A stretch of 64,000 nucleotides of DNA from Chrysomallon squamiferum (GCA_012295275.1 CM022671.1:18662001-18726000); one strand, 5' to 3'. Positions 14,691-39,163 are shown, numbered from the stretch's first letter. A program made the numbers and translations. Notes: generated from the letters alone by a model not told the origin.

Positions 14691-16784
14691 CAAGCTGAGA
14701 TCTAATTAACCACTTCTATCAGCCACCTTGGAAAACAGTGGACTTTTTTTAGGTTTGTTTTCGACATCTGAAGTGTGTAAGTTTCATCTAATTCAGTAAA
14801 TTGCCTCAAACGAGATGAGATTTCCTGATCGAACGACGCTGTCGCAAAATAATCTCTGTAACTGCCTCGTCTTGGCTTTGATTATAGCTGCATTCCTTGA
14901 AAAAATCCGATAAATGTTTACAGTTACGGTTCAAAATAAAATACAGATATCTACAAATTTGCCTAAGATGACGACATTTCCACAATAAGATGTGCAATGT
15001 GTATAATTATGTAATTTCCAACGTGTCGCTCTAAACAAAATGTAATGTAATGCCATATTTAAAAAAATACTTTTAAATCAACACAGAAAAAAAAGTATTC
15101 TTAGCGTAAATGAACGCGGAGTATTTTGCAGTTCAAGTGAACTGCTAATAAGCAAGGCATGCTTATACTGGATAAAAATAACTTTCTCAAAACGTCTACT
15201 AACGATAAATGTATGGGGTTTTTTTTTTTTTTTCTGTTCTTGTTCTTTTATCAGAATTTCCTGTTTGAAACTACCGGCTACTCATACCATATATAATGAA
15301 GCAATCTTTAGGTGTTATCATTAAAAAGAAGCAGTTCATTTCAAAGTATGTATGTGGTGTGTTGTTCCTTAAATAATGACAATATGCAGCTGTGGTTAAC
15401 TGATGTTTTTCGTAGATTTCTGTCTTGAGGCTTCGACCGTATTCTCTGACCACAGTCAGTGGACAAAAGCGATGTCAGTTTATATTTAAATAATGTGAAT
15501 TCGATACTGACTCTGACCACAAACAGTGATGAGTAAATAGTATGGAAATGTACATGGATGACGTAAATATATATACATTTGCACGAGCATAATGTGGGTG
15601 TGTACGTGTGGTCTCTTCCTGTGAGTATATGTGTGATAAATGAATCTTAGGCGAGTATATACTGTTGTTTTAACATAATAATAATAATAATAATAATAAA
15701 TGTACCGGTTTGATAATGATGGTGTCTATGACGATGAAGATAATGAAATTAATAATACTGTTACTCTATCTAATAAAACAAAACAAAAAACGAACTAAAT
15801 ATTTACATAAAACAATAATTTAGTAACTGTGGATGAATGACAATAATTTGTATAATTACAGTGCATAAAATTATATATATATATATAGTTTTAAAAGCAG
15901 TAATTGGATTTTTGCTATGAAAATACTTTTTATGTCGAAAGTCATTAAGATGTTTATCAAATAAGATTGTTTTAAACGAGATCGCATCGTATATCATGTC
16001 ACAAAGTGTAACATGTTAATTTAAACGAGATCGTCTGATTTAAAATGTGGCAAATTATAACAAATAGATTTAAACTGAGATCGTCTAATATATTAGCTGG
16101 CGAATTATAACATTTGTTTTAAAACAAGGAAATACGTATCATACACTGTTGTCAAAATTGTGAAAATTTTTCCTTCATGGACATTATGAATATCACAATC
16201 AGTTTCTGACCAGGCTATGCCAAACCAACAAGATCAAATCGAAATATGAAATATTAATTATATCGCAAGTATTTGTGAATTACGTGTTCCGATTGCTTAT
16301 TTGAAATAACAGTTCGGGCGGAAGATTTTTCTCTGGTTCAGATGGCTAAATCATAATTAGATTAAAGTTCGGCGCGCAAACTGCTTTACTGTGAATAGCG
16401 TATTTCAAGTAAGGAATTCAGTTTAGAATTCGCAGACGAATGATTGGATCTGGAATCGATCATTTTAGTCTTTCTTGGTCAGTTATTTCCCGTTCCGGCA
16501 AATACTGTCCGACTAGAATGTCTTTGGGGGAAAATAGATATGAAGAAAAAATAAATATCTGTACTGCTTGAAGTGGAGATGTCTGAGGTCAGCCTTTACA
16601 CGTCTGTTTTATTAGTAGATTAGTGACAGTCTGTTGCTAATGAGATTTCAGTCCTCACCCAGTGAGCCATGAAATTCAGCACATTAGTATGCACAACTTC
16701 CATTTAGACGATCAGTTTGTAATTAAGATGCAAACATTTTACATTGCTGTTTATTGTAACTCCTTTGAACTGTCTGACTACTTC

Positions 16785-16903
<119 letters not shown>

Positions 16904-17596
16904 ACACACACACACACAAATACACACACACACACATATTGGATTAAGTCAATTCTTTACTCATTATTTAATAGCTGACTCACCCACCTACACATCGGAT
17001 AAGTTCAAAACAAAAACAGCGTGAATCATAAGTTTCATATCAAGAAAAACAAAACGATCAAATTGTGCTTACCATTAAAAATGGACTCTTTATAAGACAG
17101 ATCAAAATTTCATACTTATCTACAGTCACTGTTTTATCTCTCGAGATAATACCCACAACAAAGAAGTCTTTAGAGTTAGTTTAGAATTGTAACAAATTTA
17201 TATTAGTCTTTTAATGCAACTTTTAATAAGTATAAATGATGTCCTATTTGTCAATCTATGTAATTAAGGTAACGTTTTATTTGAAGTTAGTTCCATTCCA
17301 ACTAAATACCTTTAGTAAATAAACATCTTTATTGAAAGGAAAAATAAAGTCAGAAAACATGCAACTATAATCACTAACGAAATAATTGTAATTATAGGCC
17401 TTGTCGAAAAGATTAATTTATATTTACATACACATACATACATAAATACATACATATATATCATAATATATATATATATATATATATATCATACATACAT
17501 ATGTAACATACATACATACATACATACAAAAAAAGTAATTAAAAAAAAGTAAGAAAAAAAAATTACATTTAATTATCCATTCCATATTTTACTTAC

Positions 17597-17838
17597 CTTG
17601 CCCGTCTTTGGTCGTCAGACTGCATATTTTTAGCTCTTTCCATGACCTCTTTTATTTTGGCGATTTCTTCCGGGGTCAGATGACTTAAGTCTGGCTCGGG
17701 TGGTTCCACCGGGGACGGGGCTCGGGTAGACGGGGCCGACGAACGGGTGCGGGGACCTACTGAGTACGAATACATCGACTGGTATTCGGATAGAGGGGTA
17801 CTACCTTCTGATGATAATTGACTTCCTTCGTTTCCCAT
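17597..17838 (-). CDS. First coding exon of a Piccolo/Bassoon/Fife/RIM-family presynaptic active-zone protein (piccolo-like)
   Basis: MGNEGSQLSSEGSTPLSEYQSMYSYSVGPRTRSSAPSTRAPSPVEPPEPDLSHLTPEEIAKIKEVMERAKNMQSDDQRRAR. MGNExS start resembles vertebrate Piccolo/Bassoon (N-myristoylation); DLSHLTPEE..I..V..RA is the Rab-binding helix of RIM/rabphilin/Piccolo proteins. Strong start context (gggATGG) and AG|gtaagt donor, phase 2. No next exon found in 1-17596, so the gene likely continues left of the window. Confidence 0.85.
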
Positions 17839-18400
17839 CCCCAAAAGGAAGGCTGTTTCGAGAATCGTTAAGACGTTGAACAATATGACAAGGCACAGAA
17901 ATATCACGAAATGTGGATCACCGGCGTAATCAGGTGCAACCAACACTGCTATCTCATACATAGACGGTATTGGTAAAGAAAGCAAGCGACTTCAGCACCG
18001 CTAACATCGACCACGTACCGTCGTCACACCCTCCAATATTGCAAAAGATGACGCGGCAGCCATCTTGGAATCTATACGGTCTCAGTATCGATCATGATAT
18101 TCTCTTGTCCACCACTAGCAGTTACTGTTTTAAAAAAACTCAACAATCAAGACGAAGGCAGATGTTTGGGAACTCGAGCATAACGTTCAGTCTTAATCCT
18201 AGCTTTCTGATTACACACGGGTTCTTTACCTTTTCAGATACGGAGAGCGTTCGCGAGCTCGCGTTGTGTCTTGGAGTTCTTTGAACAGAACGACATTGCT
18301 GGCTGTAAACACGGGGCAAGTCAAAGCTAGCCAAACCTCGTCGTTTTTGGTTGGTTATCACAGCTCTGGCTGACGATCGATACGCGGCAGACGGCAATGG
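17839..18400 (-). promoter_or_regulatory. CpG-enriched 5' UTR/promoter region of the piccolo-like gene
   Basis: Local rise in GC and CpG (cgcg, cggc) immediately upstream of the ATG compared with AT-rich flanks. TSS not defined. Confidence 0.45.
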
Positions 18401-18980
18401 AAGCGCTTACTTTAGTCTTTGATTCATTGTCTTGTATGCACTTACAATCGCGGTCGATGGACAAGGGACATTTATTTAATATGTCCTGCGTTAGCTGAAA
18501 CAAAAGAGATGAAGTATCAGACTATGGAAGTGGATCATTCCAATTTGCGATGTAGTTAAACCCGATACATTAAAAAACACCTCCTTTTTCTCTCATCTGC
18601 GTATTACATAAATAAAAATACCCTTTCTTTCGTTGTTCTTTCGCTTTCCACACTGTCTGACTTTCGATCTCTCGCTCACATATACACAAACTCATATACA
18701 CTTCTCTGTAATGTAGAATGTCAAATGTCTGCCTATAAATTAAACAAACATGAAAGCAAAAGCGGCTACATGAAAACATAAAAAAAAAGAAAAAGAAAAG
18801 CAAAATAATAATAATAATTATAATAACAACAAAAGCATGAATAATAAAAGTAATAATAATAAAAACAATAATTAATAATAACAAAAACATAGTTAAGTTT
18901 GAGATAGAAAGATAGTTTAGTCTGATAATTATTCGATATTCTGATTCTTTGAATGGCAAGTAATGTGATAAAAGGGATTT

Positions 18981-19359
18981 AAAAACTGTTCTTTTATTCA
19001 CGTAAAATTTGGTTCGTGATAAAACTGATCTTTACATTCGTAATTCACGCAAAAGTTTGATTCGTGTTAACAGTTGTTCTTTGATTCTTTATTGACATCA
19101 AAGTTTGATTAGTAATAAACATTGTTCTTTTGTTATAGTTATTCACAAACATTTTATATAAAAAATTTGATTCATGATAAAATTGTTCTTTGATTCGTTA
19201 TTTACACAAAGATCTGGTTTGTGTTAAAAATAGCTTTTAGATTCATGTTAATAACATTTCTTTTGATTAATCATATCAACCTATGATTCGTATTAAAAAA
19301 TTTTTTTTTTGATTCGTTATTCATATAAGACACAGCCTCGCGTTAAAAACTGTTATTTT

Positions 19360-19375
<16 letters not shown>
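18981..19375. repeat. Degenerate ~45-50-bp tandem repeat in the 3' UTR of the IL-17R-like gene
   Basis: Recurrent aaagtttgattcgtgttaa..ttgttctttgattcgttattcac-like units, about 7-8 copies. Confidence 0.65.
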
Positions 19376-29505
<10,130 letters not shown>

Positions 29506-29835
29506 TCGCCTATTCCTCTATGGAACAAGAAAAGAGCCATTGCTCGGTGATCTGTTCTAATTAGATTGTCTACGAGTGACCAATACGCTAATGGAAATAA
29601 GCCATTTCTCATTTTGCCGTTTTCATGCTAGCGATAATGATAATGCACGTGGCAAAGTGAAACCGACTGACGGCCTTGACCCGAAACCCGAGCAACTCTA
29701 GCAAGTCGTCAACAGTGCGTAGGATTGCAGAATATCAAAACGTTTCCTGTTAATAGCGATCGTTTATCGTTGTTTAATCCCACCGGCTGAAAGTATAAGA
29801 AGCAGTAATTGTATTACGTTTAATTTCATTTATGA

Positions 29836-31347
29836 TAGAGTGAGACATGATTTCGCTGCCACCTCTCTATGAAAACCAGTTTTTGAACATCCTTAATTGG
29901 CCGCCATTATATGTTCGACTGTTTATCCATTTTAAAAAACAAAAAACTTTTGATCACCTTACATGGTAATTCATGTTAATTTAAAGGCAGTAATTAGAGG
30001 AAATAATCACTGCATACATCCTCATAAACAGGTATTTATGAATATATATATACAAGAACCCTAAAAAAGTAAATGAAAACAACTAGATGTGAGAATTAAA
30101 TTTTTTCATACTGTTACCTTCATGTATACATAGATGCATGTTTATGTAGATGCATGCTGTCGTTATCTGAGCATCTGAGAAATCTTAATAGGGGAAGTGT
30201 ATGTATATCGAACCTCTGGCATGTCTCAGACTCTGATTGTCTGAAAGGTGTTTTGCCACAACTGTGTGATATCTCGGTCGACATTGTGCATTTTCTGATA
30301 TTAAAGATAGCAGAAGTCAACCGAGGCGAAAAAGGTGAGATAAAATCTTATTTCGCCCCTGTAAACGTAACTTTTGCTGTTTTTGGAAGGGTGCAATGCT
30401 GGTGGGTATATAGGTGCATATTTGTAGGTTAGGCCAGAATTTGAATATGAGGATCGAAGATGTTGAATTTCACGCCGCGTCCGAAAAATTACATGCGGGT
30501 ATTTTTATGTCTAGTGCCCTATTTTGAACCATCTGTCAAAATGTTGCGGCATTTGGCTCAGCAACTCATATGTGTGGTGGGGTGCTGATTATGCAGATGC
30601 AGCCCGATTTGAAGTGTCAGATACAGTGTCCAAACAACAGAATTCCTCGTTACAGATACGTCCTAATCGTGGCGACAGCAACAAAATACCAAATCTGAGA
30701 ATCAACCCGAGCCTGAACAGCTCTGTGCTCCGTCCGAATGCGTAAATTAAGATTCCGAACCTGGAAATGTAAACTATGAGTCGTAGTCCCGGAAAGAAGA
30801 GCACCGTGCGCCACAAGGACCTGACACTAGCACCATTCTTTGAAACTAATTCTAAGGTGCAGCAGTCTCAATTAGGCGAAAGATTATATATTGAAAATGG
30901 AATTTACAAAGGATACTCGGAAATCCCTAGACTGAATTACTTTGTCCTTATATTGAACCCCGGTCCAATATAAGAAAAGACAGGCTTAAATATAACTCAC
31001 GGGGGCCCTAAACTGATATTTTGTTAATACTTTTTAATTGGTCCATAACTTGGAGTTTATAAGTTAAAGTGTGTTTACATTACGAGGGTCTTGTGGCATC
31101 TAGCGTCTATCATCTACGACTAAACTGATCGTCGATTCCATCAGGACTGATCAATGAAGATCAGAAGTTAGGGGGTTACGTATACTTCCTCTAATTACTG
31201 CCTTTAAATTAACATGAATTACCCAGGAAGAGATGATCAAAAGTTTTTTTCTTTTGAAAATGGATAAACAGTCGAACTCATCCATGGCGGCTAATCAAAG
31301 GGTGTTACAAAATTGGTTTTCATATAGAAGTGGCCGCGAAATCATGT
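29836..31347. mobile_element. ~1.5-kb non-autonomous DNA transposon with ~160-bp terminal inverted repeats
   Basis: 29845-30005 (acatgatttcgctgccac...ggtaattcatgttaatttaaaggcagtaattagaggaaata) is the imperfect reverse complement of 31183-31347 (tacttcctctaattactgcctttaaattaacatgaattacc...gtggccgcgaaatcatgt). Right end runs into (GT)n. No intact transposase. Confidence 0.85.
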
Positions 31348-31851
31348 GTGTTATTGTGTGTGTGTGTTATGTTGTGTGTGTGTGAGTGTGTGTGTGAAAA
31401 AACATCTTTATATGTTTATATACAAATACAAACAAACATGAGGCAAACATATCCTCCGGAATAAAATTATAATTTGATATGTCTAGAAGGTCTGTTTAAT
31501 ACATAACTATACACATAAAAACACACACACATATACACAATTCACACACACATAATATATAAATATATATATACATACATACACACATACATACACAATC
31601 ATTATGATTCACTTTTTACTATGTTCTTATTTGGTTCTATTCGTTTATTTCTAAATCTGCTTTTTATATTTAATCATATCACTAGACAATCAATATCCTA
31701 TATAAATCTTCCTACAGTTTCATGTTAATTAAAAAAAACGGTTCTATCACGGTTTCAGTTTAGAAACTCGTACATTCCTGAAATCTAAGATCCAAGGGCT
31801 GACGAATAACCAATTAAATCCACATTTGTTCAGAGCCTGTGGTTTGAAATG

Positions 31852-31881
31852 AACCAATCAGTATATAGGTATCACGTGACT
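31852..31881 (+). promoter_or_regulatory. Putative core promoter of GPI-protein copy A (CCAAT, TATA-like, E-box)
   Basis: aaccaatcagtatataggtatcacgtgact lies ~50-75 bp upstream of ATG 31929. Confidence 0.45.
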
Positions 31882-31928
31882 GCTACGAGCAATTTACCTT
31901 TCCCTTTGTTTTAGTCAGTCGTGTCGAA

Positions 31929-32101
31929 ATGGACAAGTTACTACTATGTCAGTTTTGCTGTGTTTTGCTGGTAAAAGGTAAGAATATTGGAATAGTAATA
32001 TATCTGGAAAGTAAATGTAATTGTACTGTTGTAAAAAATTAACTGCTGACAAAACAAGTGTTTCCATGCATCTAATGATTCCGAGTAACAGAGACAGTGA
32101 G

Positions 32102-32183
<82 letters not shown>

Positions 32184-32804
32184 GATATGATTATTTTCAG
32201 ATTTACAAAAAAGAAACAACAGAAAAAAAATTTAATAATAATAATAAATAAATAAATAAATATAGGCATGCATATTACCACATGCAAACAAACAGTATAT
32301 TTATAAAATCTACTCTACATGCGCTCAGTTCTTAACATTTGCTCAGTGTTGTTGCGAAATGTGTCGATGCCTTTTTCGTTTGTATTTTTCTGCTCTCGTA
32401 GCTGAGGCTACCAGTTGCGACCGATGTTTTGTTTTGTGTTTTTTTTTTTCAACTGCCATTAAAATATTGTAATTTCTCTTTCCAAATGGACTTTTACAGG
32501 TGTAATTCTATATTTTGTTTTGATAAAAGATTTCCATGCAGAAACACATTGATTTGAAAGTATAAGAAGAACACGAAGAACACGAAGCGTCGACTCAATC
32601 TAAAAACGTTAAAACATTTTATGGATTGATACACGATTTCCTGTCACAAACGAATGCGTTATTAACGTCTTTTCCGAGGTTATGTGCGTGTTGTTTGGTT
32701 ATAATGGTGATAGTAACGCTAGTGATAATTCGGTAGTTTTAGTACTAGTTTTAGTAAAAGTAGTAGTAACAGTTATTAGTATTAGAATGAATAGCAGTAG
32801 TAGC

Positions 32805-32865
<61 letters not shown>

Positions 32866-35800
32866 ATGGCAGAAACAGAAAAAGAAGAAAGCAATTTTAA
32901 TATAAAAATATAGGATTTTAACTTTTTCAATTATTGTGTTAGTCTCCGTATATGTGTCTGAGTACATGTGTGTGTGTGTGATTTTATTGATGTATTAGAA
33001 TAAAAAAAGACACTCTTGCCCATTATATCTGGAGTATTTAACTTACTGCAATTGCATATAATTACTAATTAACTAATGCAAGCGTACATTAATGTGTATA
33101 TCTAATCAGTAATTTGAGATACATAATGTTCGTTATATATATATATAATTGTATATGGGAAAATGGGTAGGTGTATAGGTGAGTCTGTGCTGTTATGTCC
33201 GATGCAGGTAAAAAGCTCAAGAAAGACAAATAGATGAAAGAGAATATTTGTGAAATTAAATCATAAGATTTTAACATCGGCATACCTCTGTTCAGTCAGA
33301 CTAATCCAACAATATGAAACATATTTATATCGACATCCACAGTCTTAGATTTAGTCAACAATTTGAAAGGTTTTTGGACTGAAGACCCAGATTTGTTCAA
33401 ACCAGGTCAACAGTTCGATTTATGTTTACAACGACAGATCGAAACTTACTCAAACTAAAACAGTTATTTGTTACTTGTTTACATCGACATGTTGACATCT
33501 GTATTTAGTCAACAATTTAAAACATGTTTAAACTGACATACTTTGACTAGGTCAAGCCAAGTCAATAATAATTTGAAATATGTTTACATGGACATTCTGA
33601 GATTCTGTCATGTTAAGAGTTACCAATTTGAAACTTATTTTCATCAATACTTAGAATCGGTCAAACAAAGTCAATGTCAGAAAGCGTGCCCGTTGCAGAC
33701 GTCTCGCACAACGGCTTGCTCTGATTAGCACGTTAATTTTTTTCAAGGTTCAAGGTTCAAGTCAATGATGGTAATAATTTAAAACATGTTTATATCAGAA
33801 TAATCTTATGTGTGTATGTATTTGTGTGTGTATATGTGTATATGTGTGTGTCTATGTCTTATGCGTAAACCGAGAAATAAAATCCTAAATGGCTGGCATC
33901 GAAATGGTAAAAAAGTTAGATCACTGCTACATATACATAAAGTGAAGACAGTATTTATCAGTATATTTTCCTATGTTTTCATGGCGTTGGTTCTACTAAA
34001 ACATTTCAGTGCTTGATAGAAAATCAGGTGCTGAAGAATTTTATTCTATTTTGACTCATTTGTGAACAATAAAACAGTTGATTAAGATGGTGTCATTTAC
34101 GTATGCACGTACATACATAAATATGCATTTAAATCTATATATACACATTCAGAGGCAAGTGCAAACACAAACACTTATTCTCTGCTGGAGAAAAATGCCA
34201 GCTTAACATGAGTTAGTCATTATAATTAAATCCACCAATGATATGCCAACCTCTCAGTCGAATCTAATTATATAAATAATGGGCGCTTTGTGACTACGAC
34301 AGTTAATTCAAATCGTGGAAGTGATAAATGCAGTTATAGTACCAGAAATCATAACGTCTTTTGACAATACTTTTTAATGATGTAGATACCGTATTCAGTC
34401 GTAGTAGTTGTCATAATAAGTGTTATCACACTAGCAATCACTGATATTTAACCAAATAAAAATCATAATTAAGACATTTGTTTAATTTATGCACTGTGAG
34501 GTTAGTGTATAGGATGCATTTCATACATTTATATGATATTTGTTATATTGCCTTTGTATTATTTACGACAAACCTCCAAGTACGCAACAAAATCTTATTT
34601 TATTAAACTCACATTAGCAAATATCCCCAATAAACTATTCGGAATTAACGATTGTATTAGAATATTATAATACATACATACATACCAGTAAACATTATTA
34701 TTTATAAATGAAATATACACAAAATATGTACATATATATATATATATATACACACAAACACAAAATATGTACATGTATCAAATATATGAAGTATTACAAA
34801 TAAGAGAATTTATAACTGCGATGGATTTTGGTATGCTACCTATTTTGAGCTTACTGGAATCCAAATGGTTCTATTTATTTTAACCATTGTCTTCGTTCTA
34901 TATGAAACCTGCCTATTTTGTTATGAACTCATAACAGAGATCTCATAACAGTAGTCATTACCTCAGACCTCATCTTACCATTACGCAATAACAATTTTAA
35001 CCACTATTTAGCTATTACTAATGGCAGTGAAACCCCAGTAATAATTGTAGACCTAAATTTTTATAGATTCGGTTTTTCTTCCAGTGAGTCTGGTTTATGG
35101 ATACTGTGACTCAAACAATCTCAACTCTGAGGTACAGAAATGCCTCTTTATGTCGCCAATCTTCTCTGGTGGGCTTACTAATGTCGAGAAGGTACAAACA
35201 TTCTGCAGGTAATTTTAATATATCTTTCGGTCATATTTAATACCTGTATATTTATACATAACTTATCTTTAAGTAAACAGTCACTATATAAATGAATGAA
35301 TATAAAAAAAAGAAAATATTATTGAACTATAAACAACAATGCTTAATACTTCTGGAAATTATTATTATTATTATTTTTTATTGGACATTCATAGACATAT
35401 AAAGACATTAGCGTTGCTGTTACTGATTAAAACTACATAACTATTTTTTTCTTTCAGATCATCACTGAACTCTATAGTTGACTGCATGGAAGTGCCTATT
35501 AAGGAATGTCATAATCATCCAACACAGAGAAAACTGCTAGACCTCCTCATAAACATGACCAAACTGCGAGAAAGTCTACAGTATCTATGTAACAACATTA
35601 ACGGTATCGAATACAAGATATACTGTTTATATCGCTGAGATAACAAATACGATTTTATACATTTTTAACAGTAACAGTACACACAAAGGAAACTTCTGTT
35701 AACTGAATGTTATCTTTACCACTAAATCTTCCATCAGCATTCCTCTGTATGTTAACCATACCATTAAATATTTTCTACTTATCTCTTTATATATTAAGAA

Positions 35801-36042
35801 AAGCAATCATTTCTCACTAAATATTTTTTCTGTGCATTAGCTATACCAATCATTCCTGTATTTCTAATCTACTATCAAGTCTTCACTAAACATTCCCCTG
35901 TTTGTTAACCATACTGCTAAGTCCTCACTAACATTTTCCTCTATGTTAACTATATCACTCAGTCCTCAGTTCTTTATGTTAATAATACTAATCCGTTCTC
36001 GCAAATATTCTTCTTCTTCTTCTTCTTCTTCTTCTTCTTCTT

Positions 36043-36103
<61 letters not shown>

Positions 36104-37908
36104 CCTTTATCAACTTCAGTGCATTTTAAATAATAATTATGATTTTCTCTCTGCTAATCAAACTTGCTATAATATGGTTCCTTTCTGTGAATTGACGATT
36201 TGTGTTGGTCTGAAATTCATTTTGAGTTCATAATCCACACGAATGTCACTGATACTTCAACAAACTTGATTAACCTCTTTTTGACGATTCAGCTGTCATC
36301 ACTAATCTGTCATCATTATAAAATCTGTATGTTTCATTATATCTACGTGTCGACAAAAGCACAAACACAATACACCTGTTAGGTGCTAAGCTGACATGGA
36401 ACCGAAGTCCATTTAGTACATATTTTTCTTTCCGACTTATATAAATATTTCCGATTATGTATTATTTATTAGCATTTCAACTTGAACGACAAATTTTGCA
36501 TATATTTGTTTTTTCAGAACTTTCGTGTTTTATGTGATTGTTGTATATAAAACAGAGTAGAATGACTAGTTGTATTCTTCTGTGTTTAGTATTAGTAATA
36601 TATCTAAAACTGTGTTTTTTCTTATAGAAGTTGGGTGACTTTGTAAATAGGTTCATTAGTTTCAGAGATTTTGCGAGTGTCTGTTTGTATTTGTGTACAT
36701 AATTACACACTTTATTTAACAATGCGCTAAAAAATAAAAATTTAATCTACGATTACATGGTATAAATCGTTATAGCCAAATATGGATACGTAACTCCTGA
36801 AATATGTCACCATGTAGCTTCCTATTTTCTTACCGATTTTTCTGTATGCATGTTACTGTTTGTTTATTTATTTATTTATGTATTTATTAATGTACTAATG
36901 TCGAACTAATTTGTCTTCTAATACAGAATTTTCTGGAAGGAGTAAATGCATGGACAGCATCGTTAGTACGGCATCTTTCTGCATGAGCAACGCAATGAAT
37001 GACCTCACCCTTCACATGCAATCAGTAAACAAATTTAAGGATGTATTTGACGTACTTTGCACGTGAGTAACAACCTAGCAATTCAACATTGGCGTTTTTC
37101 TTTTTTGTGTGTTTGTTTTGCATTTGTATGTTTCTGTATTTGTTTTGTGTTTTGGTGCTTCAGTATTACTAATTTTCGAATAACATATATATTTTTTTTA
37201 ATTATAACTGAGTGAATGTTTTAAAACCATCGCACACGTTGTAATTAAGTGGCATCATTTGTTTAAGTTACATCCCGCAGTGGAATGTCTTCGTTCCAGG
37301 AAGTACCAGGAAAGAAACAAGACGTTATCCCGAACCGTTTGTAAAAGGTTAAATATTGAATAAACACTGTAGCTTTCATTCAGATTACAGTTCATTTTAT
37401 CTGCATCATATTCCATTAGTGACAGGTGAGTCATTTGGAATAAGATTTATTATACAACACGGTATTATCTACAGCTGCACATCTGTAATGTGATTCCTGT
37501 TTTAAAGTCTGTTTCGATGTAAGATGAAATAGATCTTATCTAATCAATCTATAAAGTTTGATAATAGTTACGTCTGTGGTGGAAAATAATGTTAGAAAAG
37601 AAATCCATTTGTTATAATTACAAACTGAACGTAAAACTTTTGAAACAAATTTTTTTTTCAGGTTTTTTGATCGGCTCTTGAAATGCTATGTGGAACCTTT
37701 CAAAGGCGATTGCGAATCTGTTGGAACTATTTTCAGAAAGGTCTTCAATGGAATCAAATATCCATACTGCAGTTTACCGGAGTACGAGAAGAAAGCTCGG
37801 ATTGCTGAAATAGAAACTAGTATGGCTGTCAGTTCATCGGCTGTTATGGTTCAGAACGTCTTCTTGCCTCTGCTGTCTCTCTTTGCAGTTGCTGTTTATA
37901 ACATTTGA
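31929..37908 (+). CDS. Secreted, probably GPI-anchored 12-Cys protein (DUF19/T20D4.11-like), copy A, 233 aa
   Basis: Exons 31929-31977, 35085-35208, 35458-35603, 36927-37062, 37662-37908; phases 1,2,1,2; 702 nt. MDKLLLCQFCCVLLVKVSLVYG|YCDSNNLNSEVQKCLF...FCRSSLNSIVDCMEVPIKECHN...YLCNNINEFSGRSKCMD...FCMS...VLCTFFDRLLKCYVEPFKGDC...PYC...SSSAVMVQNVFLPLLSLFAVAVYNI*. Two 6-Cys halves and a C-terminal small-residue plus hydrophobic GPI-type signal. Exon 1 assignment is less certain than exons 2-5. Confidence 0.88.
33290..33680. repeat. Degenerate tandem repeat in intron 1 of copy A
   Basis: Recurrent gtcaacaatttgaaa..tgttta..tcgacat-like motifs at roughly 55-60-bp spacing. Confidence 0.45.
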
Positions 37909-39163
37909 TAAACTGTGGATATCTCGTTCCCCAGAACTCGATCATTTATTTTGTGTGTAAATATGAAGAATACTAATGCATATGCACCCACACATTAAAA
38001 AACAAATTTTACATTCAACTATACATACAAATGTAAATTTAATAATGACATTAAACACAAATGCACATAAATATTTATACCCAGTCTATTTAATCGGCTT
38101 TATGTTATATTATTTTTAATTATTTAGTCTTATTATTCTTTCCTTTTCTTTCGATTATTTTATTCTCTCGTCTGTGTACGCTATACTTCTTTTTTTTTTA
38201 AACCACGCTTCCAAAGCCTAGATCCTCTCAGATGTATTACATCAAATCATCTATCATCATTAGCTATTTGTCAAGCAGTGCAAGAATGTTTTCCTTTATG
38301 CGATTCTTCGTCGAATACCATTAACCTCCATGGAAATAGTAACACAGAAACTAGCCACAACACCAACAACAAAAACTGAAACTAATGTTTTAAAAGTTTA
38401 AAGACTGTTTAATACTGATTAATTGTGCGCGCATGCAACAGCCATTGGTAGATATAATTTACCGTTTACTACAATATTCTGTACTATTGGTACTATTCTG
38501 AACACGAGAAAGGAAAACCGATTACAAATTTGCTATATAAAACGTCACGTCAAACAAATTATGTTTATTATTTCTATATATTACTACTGGCTTTGTTATT
38601 TGTATTATCAGTGTTTATCATAATTCGTCATCATTATCATAATGCAGTACTATGTCAAAGATAAGACCAAATATTCAAAGATGTTGTACAAAAATAGTTT
38701 TTACAATTAAAGTACAACTAAAAAATAAATAAATATATAAATAAATAAATAAATAAATAAATCACAAGGTTTATAAATGATGCCGTAGTAAGATAAAAAA
38801 ATATATATAACATTGGCAAGGAGTCGGCAGCTTAAAGACAAACTGTTTTAGCGAAAATTTGTTTGTTTGTTTGTTTTAGAAATTTCGCTATGTAGCTGTG
38901 CTTTTAAATATTATAAAAATGATCTGTATTATTTTAACTGCAGCCGTATCTGCGTTGAGAGGATGTAAACTGCTAAACTGCAATAAACATATCTATAAAC
39001 ATTTTCGTATTTTGAGTATTTTTACTTTTTTTTTTTTTTTTTTTTTTTAAATTTTCAAAATTATTGCTGCTACTGTTTGTCCTCCACTGTGAAACAGCCA
39101 TGTTGTAATACAAATTTCGTTAAACAAATAGCAGAACTGTATTACCCCGAGAAATACAAAAAT

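Noticed and set aside
17991-17999. TTCAGCACC, left half of an RE1/NRSE element near a neuronal gene
   Set aside because: Right half-site absent, REST is not established in molluscs, and the same 9-mer occurs at ~34028, consistent with chance.
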